Shown here one piece after another: positions 14,633 to 23,825 of a stretch of DNA of 32,000 nt (position 1 is the first letter of the stretch; each line of letters begins with the position of its first letter). The stretch is from NCBI RefSeq assembly GCF_000011125.1, contig NC_000854.2:360001-392000 (forward strand), written 5' to 3'. This DNA comes from Aeropyrum pernix K1. GTDB taxonomy: Archaea > Thermoproteota > Thermoprotei_A > Sulfolobales > Acidilobaceae. The notes beneath the pieces are model-generated. The model worked only from the letters and a program-made list of their open reading frames with translations. It did no database searches and was not told where the DNA came from. Made by a program: the position numbers and the translations under genes.

Positions 14633-15946
14633 TTGGACAGTAGGGTTCTAGAGTCCGCGTTGAGAGCCCTATCCCGCTACCCCCTCTGCGACCGCTGCCT
14701 CGGCAGGCTCTTCGCTAGGCTTGGGAGAGGCTGGAGCAATAGGGAGCGGGGAGAGGCTGTCAAGAGGGTTCTGGTGATGGAGCTTCACAGGAGGGTCCTC
14801 GAGGGGGATGAGGCGGCGTTGAAAACCCTGGTCTCTGCAGCTCCGAACATAGGGGAGGTGGCAAGGGATGTCGTGGAGCACCTCTCCCCAGGTTCCTACA
14901 GGGAGGGCGGCCCATGCGCTGTCTGCGGCGGGCGGCTGGAGAGTGTTATAGCCTCAGCGGTGGAGGAGGGGTACAGGCTGCTAAGGGCTTACGATATCGA
15001 GAGGTTCGTAGTCGGGGTCCGGCTAGAGAGAGGTGTTGCCATGGCTGAGGAGGAGGTAAAGCTGGCCGCCGGCGCCGGGTACGGCGAGTCCATTAAGGCT
15101 GAGATCAGGAGGGAGGTGGGCAAGCTCCTGGTGAGCCGGGGTGGAGTGACCGTGGACTTCGACAGCCCTGAAGCGACCCTAATGGTGGAGTTCCCCGGGG
15201 GCGGGGTTGACATACAGGTCAACAGCCTGCTCTACAAGGCTAGGTACTGGAAGCTTGCCAGGAACATAAGCCAGGCATACTGGCCCACGCCAGAGGGGCC
15301 GAGGTACTTCAGCGTGGAGCAGGCTCTATGGCCGGTTCTAAAGCTCACTGGGGGGGAGAGGCTGGTTGTACACGCTGCTGGCAGGGAGGATGTAGACGCC
15401 AGGATGCTGGGCAGCGGGAGGCCCATGATAGTCGAGGTCAAGTCGCCTAGGCGCAGGAGGATCCCGCTTGAGGAGCTGGAGGCGGCCGCCAACGCCGGCG
15501 GGAAGGGGCTGGTTAGGTTCAGGTTCGAGACGGCTGCCAAGCGTGCCGAGGTCGCGCTTTACAAGGAGGAGACTGCGAGGGTTAGGAAGGTGTACCGCGC
15601 CCTGGTAGCGGTGGAGGGTGGTGTTAGTGAGGTGGATGTTGAAGGGTTGAGGAGGGCTCTCGAGGGCGCGGTTATAATGCAGAGGACGCCCTCCAGGGTC
15701 CTCCATAGGAGGCCGGATATACTGAGGAGGCGGAGGCTCTACAGCCTAGACTGCAGCCCCCTGGAGGGGGCGCCTCTGATGGAGTGCATATTGGAGGCGG
15801 AAGGGGGTCTCTACATCAAGGAGCTGGTCAGCGGTGATGGCGGGAGAACCAGGCCAAGCTTCGCTGAGGTCCTCGGCAGGGAGGCTGTGTGTATAGAGCT
15901 CGACGTGGTGTGGGTGGAGCATGAAGCTCCAGCCGCACCCGGCTAA
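14633..15946 (+). CDS. pus10: tRNA pseudouridine(54/55) synthase Pus10
   Basis: N-terminal zinc-ribbon LCDRCLGRLFA...CAVCGG, a THUMP-like middle region, and the catalytic block REDVDARMLGSGRPMIVEV. The C-terminal YIKELVSGDGGRTRPS is typical of Pus10. Confidence 0.88.
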   Translation: MDSRVLESALRALSRYPLCDRCLGRLFARLGRGWSNRERGEAVKRVLVMELHRRVLEGDEAALKTLVSAAPNIGEVARDVVEHLSPGSYREGGPCAVCGGRLESVIASAVEEGYRLLRAYDIERFVVGVRLERGVAMAEEEVKLAAGAGYGESIKAEIRREVGKLLVSRGGVTVDFDSPEATLMVEFPGGGVDIQVNSLLYKARYWKLARNISQAYWPTPEGPRYFSVEQALWPVLKLTGGERLVVHAAGREDVDARMLGSGRPMIVEVKSPRRRRIPLEELEAAANAGGKGLVRFRFETAAKRAEVALYKEETARVRKVYRALVAVEGGVSEVDVEGLRRALEGAVIMQRTPSRVLHRRPDILRRRRLYSLDCSPLEGAPLMECILEAEGGLYIKELVSGDGGRTRPSFAEVLGREAVCIELDVVWVEHEAPAAPG

Positions 15947-15991
15947 AGCTAAATTAAGCTGGGCTGAGCAAAATACCGGGGGGAGCGTAGG

Positions 15992-16315
15992 TTGGTCAAG
16001 GCACCTAGAGGCTATAGGAACAGGACTAGGAGGCTGTTGAGGAAGCCTGTGAGGGAGAAGGGCAGCATACCCAGGCTCAGCACCTACCTTAGGGAGTACA
16101 GGGTGGGCGATAAGGTGGCTATAATCATAAACCCCTCCTTCCCAGACTGGGGCATGCCCCACAGGAGGTTCCACGGGCTGACGGGAACCGTGGTGGGGAA
16201 GAGGGGCGAGGCCTACGAGGTAGAGGTCTATCTGGGTAGGAAGAGGAAGACCCTCTTCGTCCCCCCCGTGCACCTCAAACCCCTCAGCACAGCCGCCGAG
16301 AGGCGGGGCAGCTAG
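15992..16315 (+). CDS. rpl21e: 50S ribosomal protein L21e
   Basis: MVKAPRGYRNRTRRLLRKPVREKG...YRVGDKVAIIINPS...PHRRFHGLTGTVVGKRGEAYEV is the L21e signature. Confidence 0.95.
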   Translation: MVKAPRGYRNRTRRLLRKPVREKGSIPRLSTYLREYRVGDKVAIIINPSFPDWGMPHRRFHGLTGTVVGKRGEAYEVEVYLGRKRKTLFVPPVHLKPLSTAAERRGS

Positions 16316-16348
16316 AGCTGTCCCCACGGTTCCACGCTGGAGTAGGGG

Positions 16349-16699
16349 GTGCTAGTGTTGGAGAGGAGGATCCTAGAGTATAAGGCGGTGCCCTACCAGG
16401 TAGCCAAGAAGTATATGTACGAGAGGGTTAGGGAGGGCGACATAATATCGATACAGGAGTCGACTTGGGAGTACTTCAGGAAGGTAGTGTTCTGGGACGA
16501 CCCGGAGGCTGCCTCCGAGCTTGTTGAGGAGATTGTGAAGGAGGGTGTCAGCCGTGAGGCCGCGGCGAACATCGCGAGCATATGCCCCAAGACCGAGGGC
16601 GAGCTCAGGAGCATTCTCGAGATGGACAGGAGCATAACCTCCGTACACGAGATGGCTAGCAAACTGTACCCCATAGTTTCCAAATACTGCAAGGACTAG
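16349..16699 (+). CDS. rpoF: DNA-directed RNA polymerase subunit F (Rpo4, Rpb4-like)
   Basis: Size is 116 aa with a helical C-terminal region EEIVKEGVSREAAANIASICPKTEGELRSIL. The gene sits in the conserved archaeal order L21e-RpoF-DUF655-KsgA. Confidence 0.75.
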   Translation: MLVLERRILEYKAVPYQVAKKYMYERVREGDIISIQESTWEYFRKVVFWDDPEAASELVEEIVKEGVSREAAANIASICPKTEGELRSILEMDRSITSVHEMASKLYPIVSKYCKD

Positions 16700-16792
16700 A
16701 CCCCGCCCCCCTTCAGCCCGGGGATTAACAGTTTAATCTCCGCGTCCCAACCATATTTATGTTGATAGCGGCTGTACGGAGAGTGTTGAGAA

Positions 16793-17773
16793 GTGTCTAG
16801 ACAGCCCCGCCCCCGCGACAGGAAGCCCCCCCACCAGGGGAGGCCGCAGCCCCACATCGCCGCCCTTGAGGTGGAGGCTATAGTTCTGGACTACATACCC
16901 GAGGGCTACCCGAGAGACCCCCACAGGGAGCACCGCAGTAAGCCCGTCGTTCAGGGTCTCGGGGTTAGGAGGCTGCACCTAGTCGACGGTGTCCCCCTCC
17001 ATGAGGTCGATATACTGGAGCGGGTCACCCTGGCTAGGGAGGTTGTGTATAGCGTCCCCATAGTGGCCCGGCTCCCCGGGGGGGTCGAGAGGAGGGTGAA
17101 AAGTGTTACCGTCGCGGTAACATGCCTCCCCGGCCAGGCGCGGGAGGGCGGGGTCAGGGAGATATACTGCTACCCCCTCTCCTACGCCGACCAGGCGACC
17201 CTGGAGGCGCTGCAGCAGCTCCTGGGTGAGGGGGACGAGAGGCACAGGTATATACTTGTGGACTCCCCCGACAAGCTCTCCGAGGTGGCCAGAGGTCACG
17301 GCCTCTCGGGGAAGATAGTGAGCACGCCCAGAGACCCTATATCCTACCAGGACCTCACCGACGTCGCCAGGGCTACGCTGCCGGACGCTGTGAGGAAGCT
17401 GGTCAGGGAGAGGGAGGACTTCTTCGTGGAGTTCTTCAACGTGGCCGAGCCGATAAACATAAGGATACACGCGCTGGAGGCCCTAAAGGGTGTGGGTAAG
17501 AAGATGGCTAGGCACCTCCTCCTCGAGAGGGAGAGGCGTAGGTTCACGAGTTTCGAGGAGGTGAAGAAGATTCTGAAGATAGACCCCGCAGAGGCCCTGG
17601 CCGAGAAGATAATGGAGGAGATAGAGTGTAGGGACACTGTGAAATACTACTTCTTCGTCGAGCCCTGCGACCCCTCCAAGCCCTACCTAGGCTACACGGA
17701 GAGGATGTGGAAGGCCTATGCCGCCAGGGTCAGGGCGAGGAGGGAGGCGGCGGGCGGAGAGTCTGGTTCGTGA
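16793..17773 (+). CDS. DUF655-family protein (OB-like N-terminus plus helix-hairpin-helix), unusually long
   Basis: EAIVLDYIPEGY... at the N-terminus and FFVEFFNVAEPINIRIHALEALKGVGKKMARHLLLERERRRFTSFEEV in the C-terminal half match DUF655 blocks. It occupies the conserved position between rpoF and ksgA. Confidence 0.75.
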   Translation: MSRQPRPRDRKPPHQGRPQPHIAALEVEAIVLDYIPEGYPRDPHREHRSKPVVQGLGVRRLHLVDGVPLHEVDILERVTLAREVVYSVPIVARLPGGVERRVKSVTVAVTCLPGQAREGGVREIYCYPLSYADQATLEALQQLLGEGDERHRYILVDSPDKLSEVARGHGLSGKIVSTPRDPISYQDLTDVARATLPDAVRKLVREREDFFVEFFNVAEPINIRIHALEALKGVGKKMARHLLLERERRRFTSFEEVKKILKIDPAEALAEKIMEEIECRDTVKYYFFVEPCDPSKPYLGYTERMWKAYAARVRARREAAGGESGS

Positions 17774-18551
17774 GGTCCTGGGACTCGCCGGCCTCAGGCC
17801 CAGCGACAGGCTGGGCCAGCACTTCCTAATAGACGACAGGGCGGTCGGCGAGTTCCTCAAGCCCCTAGAGAAAGCGGCGGCTGAGGGCATACGCGAAGCC
17901 CTCGAGATAGGGCCCGGGGCGGGGTCGATAACCCTTCCCGCAGCCGAGGTCCTCGACAGGATAGTTGCAGTAGAGCTCGACAACAGGCTCGCATCAGCCC
18001 TCTCAAGACTGGCGCCAGCCAGGGTGGCCGTGATAACGGGAGACGGCGTGAGCCACGCCGCCGCCTCGCAGGCGCCGCTGGTATTCTCCAACACCCCCTT
18101 CAACCTATCCCCCGCTATAGTAGAGGCACTCGCGGTGAACAACAGGGTCGCGGCGGCGGTTCTCGGCGTCCAGTATGAGGTCGCGAGGAGGATGACAGCC
18201 AGGCCGGGCAGCAGGGACTACAGCAGGCTCTCGGTACTCGTCTCCCTCGTCTTCCACGCTGAGCTGGCGGGCGTCGTTAGGCCCCAGGCCTACTATCCCA
18301 GGCCCCAGGTCCTCACTGCAGTGGTAACCCTGAGGAGGAGGCGGAGGTGGAGGAGCCTATACGCGAGGGCACTGGAGCTGGCGGGCTGCGCGTTCACGCA
18401 GAGAAACAAGAAGGCCTCCAAGGTGCTGAGAAGATGCTTGGAGGCGGCGGGCTGCGCGCCGCCCCCCTGGCTGGATAGCCTAGGTGACGCTAGGGTATGG
18501 ATGCTGAGGCCGGAGGACTTCGTGGGGCTTGCGGAAGCCTGCAGAGGGTAA
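17718..18551 (+). CDS. rsmA: 16S rRNA (adenine1518/1519-N6)-dimethyltransferase KsgA/Dim1
   Basis: LGQHFLID, SAM motif LEIGPGAGSITL, VAVELD and FSNTPFNLS. The ATG at 17718 overlaps the DUF655 gene by 56 nt, and no alternative in-frame start was seen before the LGQHFL block. Confidence 0.9.
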   Translation: MPPGSGRGGRRRAESLVREVLGLAGLRPSDRLGQHFLIDDRAVGEFLKPLEKAAAEGIREALEIGPGAGSITLPAAEVLDRIVAVELDNRLASALSRLAPARVAVITGDGVSHAAASQAPLVFSNTPFNLSPAIVEALAVNNRVAAAVLGVQYEVARRMTARPGSRDYSRLSVLVSLVFHAELAGVVRPQAYYPRPQVLTAVVTLRRRRRWRSLYARALELAGCAFTQRNKKASKVLRRCLEAAGCAPPPWLDSLGDARVWMLRPEDFVGLAEACRG

Positions 18552-18553
18552 AG

Positions 18554-19144
18554 GTGTCTTGGAGCCGCGGCTCCATCGCAGTGTATGTAAACAGCTGCAC
18601 ATACCCGCCCTCCGACGACACAATCCTGCTGCTCGAGGCTATGGAGGCTCTCAGGAGGGAGGGAAGGGTTTACGGGAGCGCCCTAGACCTTGGCACCGGC
18701 AACGGCGCCCTAGCCCTAGGGGCGGTTGAGGTACTCGGTGTACGTAGGGTTGCGGCGGTGGACGCCTACCCCTGCCCAGCTCTCGCCGCTAGAGCAACGC
18801 TACCCCCCCAAGCCCTGGTGGCCGTCTGCCCCTACGCCTCCTGTTTGAAGGGAGGCTTCGACATAGCCCTCGTCAACCCCCCATACCTGCCTGAGAAGCC
18901 TCCCCCGCCCGGGGGGCAGGGCTGCAGCCCCACCCTCTCAGAGGCCTGGGCTGGCGAGGGCGTCATGAGGGGGATGCTAGAGGCTGCGGGGAGGCTGGCG
19001 GGGGAGGTCCTGACGGTCTACTCCAGCCTTTCCAGCGTCACCCCCCAGGAGGTCCTGGGGGCTATGGGCTTCTCCACCAGGATCCTGGCCTCGGAGAGGT
19101 TTTTCATGGAGAGGCTGGAGGTGGTCCATGCTTGGAGAAGTTGA
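18554..19144 (+). CDS. HemK/Mtq2-like class I methyltransferase (NPPY type)
   Basis: VYVNSCTYPPSDDTILLLEA (compare Mtq2 VYEPSEDTFLL), LDLGTGNGALAL and LVNPPYLP. GTG 18554 follows the ksgA stop directly. The maximal ORF starts at 18497. Confidence 0.7.
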   Translation: MSWSRGSIAVYVNSCTYPPSDDTILLLEAMEALRREGRVYGSALDLGTGNGALALGAVEVLGVRRVAAVDAYPCPALAARATLPPQALVAVCPYASCLKGGFDIALVNPPYLPEKPPPPGGQGCSPTLSEAWAGEGVMRGMLEAAGRLAGEVLTVYSSLSSVTPQEVLGAMGFSTRILASERFFMERLEVVHAWRS

Positions 19145-19863
19145 GGATCGTTCTTGTGGAGACTGAGGGGGCCGTGAACCTGGGGTTCGTGGCGAGGCTT
19201 GCGGAGAATTTCGAGGCAGACGAGATCTACCTAGTCTCACCTAGGGCTAGCCTGGAGGAGGCGAAGAGGTACGCCGCCAGGGCGGCCTGGAGGCTTGACG
19301 CTGCCAGAGTGGTGAGCAACCTGGAGGAGGCCCTCAGAGGAGTGTCGGCAAGTCTCTGCACCAGCTCTCATATGAGCGATAGGGACGCCCTCAGAGCCCC
19401 ACTAGCCCCCTGGGAGGCGGCCGAGGTCCTCGCGGCCACCCCGGGTACGGTTGCCATAGTTTTCGGGAGGGAGAGCGTGGGGCTAACCAGGGGTGAGATA
19501 GCGTTGTGCAGCCTCTACTCCTCCATACCCGCCAGCCCCAGATACCCCTCACTCAACCTCTCGAACGCCGCAGCGATATACCTGTACGAGGTCTACAAGG
19601 CGAGGAGGGGCGGGGCTGTGGCGAGAGGGGGGGTTGACGAGGAGCTTATCAAGCTGTTGAGGGCCTACGCCGCCGCCCTGGCCTCCAGGCTAGTGCATAG
19701 GGAGAGGGCGGAGGAGGTGGCGGTCTCCCTAGTCAGGATCGCTTCAAAGAGTGTAATGGCTAGGAGGGAGGTTGAAAACCTGATATACCTCCTCTCCAAG
19801 GCGTGTAGGGCTGTGGAGGGGTGTATGGATGAGGTTCCTCGCCACCTGCAACCCAGGGACTGA
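19132..19863 (+). CDS. SPOUT (TrmH/SpoU class, TrmJ-like) RNA 2'-O-methyltransferase
   Basis: IVLVETEGAVNLGFVARLAENF, IVFGRESVGLT and SIPASPRYPSLNLSNAAAIYLYE are the three SpoU motifs. Confidence 0.75.
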   Translation: MEKLRIVLVETEGAVNLGFVARLAENFEADEIYLVSPRASLEEAKRYAARAAWRLDAARVVSNLEEALRGVSASLCTSSHMSDRDALRAPLAPWEAAEVLAATPGTVAIVFGRESVGLTRGEIALCSLYSSIPASPRYPSLNLSNAAAIYLYEVYKARRGGAVARGGVDEELIKLLRAYAAALASRLVHRERAEEVAVSLVRIASKSVMARREVENLIYLLSKACRAVEGCMDEVPRHLQPRD

Positions 19864-20893
19864 GGACGTTGTGGCCAGGGAGATCGTGGAGGAGGTTGAC
19901 TCGGCCAAGGTGGAGGAGGTTGGGGAGTACAGGGGTAGGATAGTCTTCAGGTCCTCCGGCGAGCCCTGGCTGGTTGCCGAGCAGATATACGGGCTCAGGA
20001 GCATCCACTCCGCCTCCCTCCTCCTGGCCGAGGCGGAGGTCAGCCCGGGGCGGGAAGGGCTAGAGGAGGTATGGAGGGCCGCGTACAAGAGCGGAGCCCA
20101 CCTCCACATACCCTACGGAGCCACTTTCGCCGTGAGGGGGGAGAGGATAGGGGAGGGCCACTCATACACCAGCGTGGAGATAGCGTCCACAGTCGGGGAC
20201 GCCGTCCAGAGGGCGGCGGAGGAGTCGCTGGGCTGGAGGCCCATGGTGAGGCTCAACAGCCCCCAGGTGGTGCTTCACGCCGAGGTGGACATCTTCACTT
20301 TCCGGCTTGGAGTACTCCTGACTGGTGAGAGGAGCAGGCACAGGAGGAGGTATAGGGTCTACGATCACCCGGCCGCCCTGAAGGCCAGCCTCGCCTACGT
20401 GATGCTCAGGCTGGCTGGGGCGAGGGACGGCGACACTATACTAGACCCCATGTGCGGGGGAGGGACGGTGGCCGTGGAGGCCGCCCTCCTATTCGAGACG
20501 TCGAGAGTGTACTGCGTAGACCTGAACCCCCGCCACACGAGGGGGGCACGGCTCAACGCGGAGTCGGCGAGGGTCGGGGGGAGGGTGGAGGTCTACACCT
20601 GGGACGCCCGCATGCTACACGAGCTTCTGGGAGAGGACAGCGTGGACAGGATCGTGAGCAACCCCCCCTATGGTATAAGGCTGGGGGACCCGGTGGATGT
20701 TAGGATACTCTACAGGGAGTTCATGCCCTCGGCAGCCAGGGTCCTGAGGAGCGGCGGTAGGGCGGCTATAATAACGGCGGAGACTAAGGCGCTGGTGGCT
20801 GCCGCCAGGTCCTCAGGCTTGAGGATGGCTGGGGCGAGGAGGGTCAGGCACGGGGATCTGTGGGTAGATATAGTGGTGTTGGAGAAGCCTTAA
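19829..20893 (+). CDS. THUMP-domain tRNA (guanine-N2)-methyltransferase (Trm14/COG0116-like)
   Basis: An N-terminal THUMP-like region (MRFLATCNPGTEDVVAREI...), then LDPMCGGGTVAVEAA and IVSNPPYGIRLG. It overlaps the preceding gene by 35 nt. Confidence 0.8.
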   Translation: MRFLATCNPGTEDVVAREIVEEVDSAKVEEVGEYRGRIVFRSSGEPWLVAEQIYGLRSIHSASLLLAEAEVSPGREGLEEVWRAAYKSGAHLHIPYGATFAVRGERIGEGHSYTSVEIASTVGDAVQRAAEESLGWRPMVRLNSPQVVLHAEVDIFTFRLGVLLTGERSRHRRRYRVYDHPAALKASLAYVMLRLAGARDGDTILDPMCGGGTVAVEAALLFETSRVYCVDLNPRHTRGARLNAESARVGGRVEVYTWDARMLHELLGEDSVDRIVSNPPYGIRLGDPVDVRILYREFMPSAARVLRSGGRAAIITAETKALVAAARSSGLRMAGARRVRHGDLWVDIVVLEKP

Positions 20894-20993
20894 GGAACAC
20901 CCGCAGCCTCCCCAGAGAGTGTTTCGGCGAACGTGAACGTAGAATCCGGGGAGGGCGTGGATTCTGAGTATAGAAATCTAAAACGCCTGCGGT

Positions 20994-22289
20994 TCAGCCC
21001 GGCCACCCAGGGTGGGGGTACACGGGGGTTGCGTACGCCTGGCCCACGGGCCAGACGGTGAATCTCCTCCCGTTTATCCACTGGCCCACGAGGACCTCCC
21101 TCTCATTCTGGAGCCCCGTCTCGGGGTTTAGGTCGAAGGGGCCTGCGAACGTCATTATCTTTATGTTCTTCAGGGACTCGTAGATGGCGTCTGGATCGAG
21201 GCTGCCGGCTTCCTCTGCAGCCTTAGCCACTGCAAGCACTGCCAGCGCTGCCATAGCGGCGTGGTAGCCCGGCTCCGATACGGGGTGTCCTAGGCTCTCT
21301 ATCGCCTCCCTGAAGAGGCTGTAGAACTCCTCCCTGCTCGGGCCGAACCACTCGTAGCCTTCTGCTGTGGTGTAGGGTTTCGAGGCGAGCTCCCAGAGCG
21401 TGGGGTAGAGTATGGCTTGGGATAGGGCGCCCAGCTCGCTGTAGAACTCGGGTACCGAGGGGGCTACAGCCATTGCTATGAACTTCGCCTCAACGCCATA
21501 GCTGCTCATAGCCCTGACAAGCTCTACTCCATCCCTGAACCCGCCTATGGCTATTATGACGTCTGGGTTCGAAGCCTGCAGCCTGAGGGCGAGGGTGCCT
21601 AGTTCCTCCTCACCAGCCTGGGGCGGGTATGCCGAGTAGAGCACTACCACAAAACCCTGCTCCACTGCCCTGTTTCTCGTGGCCTCGGCCACTGCGGCAG
21701 CGAACCCGGTGTCCTGGTAAACTATAGCCAGGTTTCTCGACTGGATGTCGAGTATGCTCACCATCTCCAGGACGGGGGTGAAGTATTCCTCCGCGGGAGC
21801 CCCCACCAGCAGGGTCTTACCCCCAGGGTCCGCCACGCTGGCTGGAGCGTCGCCATAGACTATGGAGACCACCCCGTACCCCCGGGCGGCCTCCACAGCA
21901 TCGACCAGGACGCCCGGATCGCATGGTGCAAGCATGACTCCCACGCCCCTCTGCCTCGCCATGTACTCGATCAGCCTTACAGCGTTGGCCGGGTCACCCT
22001 TGTCGTCCTCCTGGAGCAGTCTCACAGGGACTTTTGAGCCTCCTATATTGACGCCGCCATTGCTGTTCACCCACTCCACAGCAGCCATGGCTCCCGCCAG
22101 AGCCTGCCTGCAAGCCTCCACAGAAGTTCCGCTGGATAGCGAGAAGACACCCCCTATAACAAGCTCCTCAGGCTCCCCGCCTCCCAGTCCCGCTATTAGG
22201 AGGGCGGCTGCCCCTAGTACAAGCAGCGCCGCCGCGCTGGCCACGAGGGCTAGAGTCCTCGAGACCGGTAGCCTAGCCGGGGCTGACAA
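20994..22289 (-). CDS. LivJ-like (type 1 periplasmic binding protein) ABC substrate-binding protein, membrane-anchored
   Basis: An N-terminal anchor (LALVASAAALLVLGAAALLIAG) is followed by IGGVFSLSSGTS...A...GGVNIGG..VPV.L...DD.GDP, as in Leu/Ile/Val-binding proteins. No cognate permease or ATPase lies in the window. Confidence 0.78.
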   Translation of the reverse strand: MSAPARLPVSRTLALVASAAALLVLGAAALLIAGLGGGEPEELVIGGVFSLSSGTSVEACRQALAGAMAAVEWVNSNGGVNIGGSKVPVRLLQEDDKGDPANAVRLIEYMARQRGVGVMLAPCDPGVLVDAVEAARGYGVVSIVYGDAPASVADPGGKTLLVGAPAEEYFTPVLEMVSILDIQSRNLAIVYQDTGFAAAVAEATRNRAVEQGFVVVLYSAYPPQAGEEELGTLALRLQASNPDVIIAIGGFRDGVELVRAMSSYGVEAKFIAMAVAPSVPEFYSELGALSQAILYPTLWELASKPYTTAEGYEWFGPSREEFYSLFREAIESLGHPVSEPGYHAAMAALAVLAVAKAAEEAGSLDPDAIYESLKNIKIMTFAGPFDLNPETGLQNEREVLVGQWINGRRFTVWPVGQAYATPVYPHPGWPG

Positions 22290-22373
22290 GCTGTTGCACC
22301 CTTAAAAATATGGTTAGCCTCCAGATTAAAGGGTTGGTGACAAGGTCTGGGCAGGATAGAGTGCCTCCTCTCC

Positions 22374-23825
22374 ATGCTCGAGAGGGTGAAACCCGGGGTC
22401 GGGCCCGAGTGGGGCGGAGGGGGTATATACTCCCTCAGGCTCCACAGGGGGAGCCTCTTCTACACCCTGGCTTTCGAGGCCCGCTCCACACTACTCAGGG
22501 GAGACTGCAGCTGGTCCTCGTACGACTACAGCCTCGTGGGTCCACCCCCTAGGAGCGGCGGTGACACTTACAACGCTGTGGAGGCTGTGGACGGCAAGAT
22601 CTACTTCGGCGGCTGGGCCCACGCCCCCGCCGTGCTGGAGAGGAAGGGGAAGGGGAGGCTCGCCGAGGTCGTCTTCACAAACAAGTACAGCATACTCCAC
22701 GAGATGGACGTCGACACGGGGGAGGTGAGGCTCCTCTGGAAGGAGGGCGCGAGGGATAGGAGGCTCTGGGCCTGCGAGGTCTCCGAGGTCCTCTACAACC
22801 CCCTTCGCGACACCCTCCTCCTGGCGCGGGGGGACGGCCATATAAACTGCGGGATATTCGAGGCCGGGAGGAGGGGGGGTGTGAGGAAGCTGTCCTCCAC
22901 ACCTGTCTTGAAGGGTGAGGTCTTTATGGACATGGCGTGCTTCTCAATACACCACGGCTGGGGCGGCAACCCCGGGCTGGAGTGCGTCGACCTCGAGAGC
23001 GGGGAGACCGTCTACACCGGGGAGGCGGTTCCTGAGGAGGCGGGGCTGGACGGAGGGGGTCTAGACCACTATAGGGAGGGCGCGGTGTTCCAGCTCCACA
23101 CCAGGGTTTACGTGGCACACAAGGGGGGCTTCACCGTGTTCGACCCTGAGGGCGGCGGGGAGCCGAGGTTCTACAGGGTTCTAGACTTCGGGGACAACCC
23201 CTACAGCCCCACAAGGACTAACGCCCTCTACCTGGGCGGGGGCGTTCTCATACCGTTCAACACCCCCACCGCGGCAACCGTTAGAGGCACCGACGAGCTG
23301 CCCAACAATGTGCAGAGGTCCTCCAGGCGCTCTCCAGCACCCACACTACTGGTCTACGTGACGCCCACTGACATGAGGATAGTGGGGAGCCTGGGGGCGA
23401 GGGTTACCTCCATGGAGGCTCTAGGCGACAAGGTGCTCCTCGCCTGGTCCACCCAGCCTAACTTCGAGAGGTACGACGCCACGGCGACGGATGCCTCGGT
23501 GCGCGGGGTCGCCGTGGTGAGCCAAGACTCGCTACTCGCTGGAAGGCCGCCGCCGCTCAGCATAAGGGTTGACCCGGGCTGGGTGGGTGATAGGCGTTTC
23601 GGGGGCCTGCCGCTCTACGGCTACAGGGAGCTCCAGGTAGACCCCCGGGGCGGTAGGGTTGTCCTCGAGGCCTACGAGATATCGGACGAGGCCCCTGTTA
23701 AGTACGGGCGCGAGGTTGTCGAGGGCGGGGAGTGGATAGACGTCTCAAGCCTAACAGACAGCCTGGTGGTGATGAGGATTGAGAAGCCGCCCCGCGAGGG
23801 AATGGTTAGGGTGAGGGCCCTCTAG
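22374..23825 (+). CDS. Uncharacterised 483-aa cytoplasmic protein, beta-rich/propeller-like (possibly an archaea-specific DUF)
   Basis: Long ORF with ordinary composition and no signal peptide. Kelch-like strands recur (AVDGKIYFGGW, RVYVAHKGGFTVFD, ALYLGGGVLIPF). I could not place it in a named family with confidence. Confidence 0.6.
   Translation: MLERVKPGVGPEWGGGGIYSLRLHRGSLFYTLAFEARSTLLRGDCSWSSYDYSLVGPPPRSGGDTYNAVEAVDGKIYFGGWAHAPAVLERKGKGRLAEVVFTNKYSILHEMDVDTGEVRLLWKEGARDRRLWACEVSEVLYNPLRDTLLLARGDGHINCGIFEAGRRGGVRKLSSTPVLKGEVFMDMACFSIHHGWGGNPGLECVDLESGETVYTGEAVPEEAGLDGGGLDHYREGAVFQLHTRVYVAHKGGFTVFDPEGGGEPRFYRVLDFGDNPYSPTRTNALYLGGGVLIPFNTPTAATVRGTDELPNNVQRSSRRSPAPTLLVYVTPTDMRIVGSLGARVTSMEALGDKVLLAWSTQPNFERYDATATDASVRGVAVVSQDSLLAGRPPPLSIRVDPGWVGDRRFGGLPLYGYRELQVDPRGGRVVLEAYEISDEAPVKYGREVVEGGEWIDVSSLTDSLVVMRIEKPPREGMVRVRAL

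Noticed and set aside
22310-22552. 80-aa ORF upstream of and overlapping the 483-aa gene.
   Set aside because: It is Arg/Gly/Pro-rich and overlaps the better-supported 22374 ORF in another frame. It probably lies within that gene's 5' leader and coding region.
23822-23825. Convergent genes whose stop codons interlock in the palindrome CTAG.
   Set aside because: The overlap is real but is a trivial consequence of genome compaction. It is mentioned only as context in a finding.
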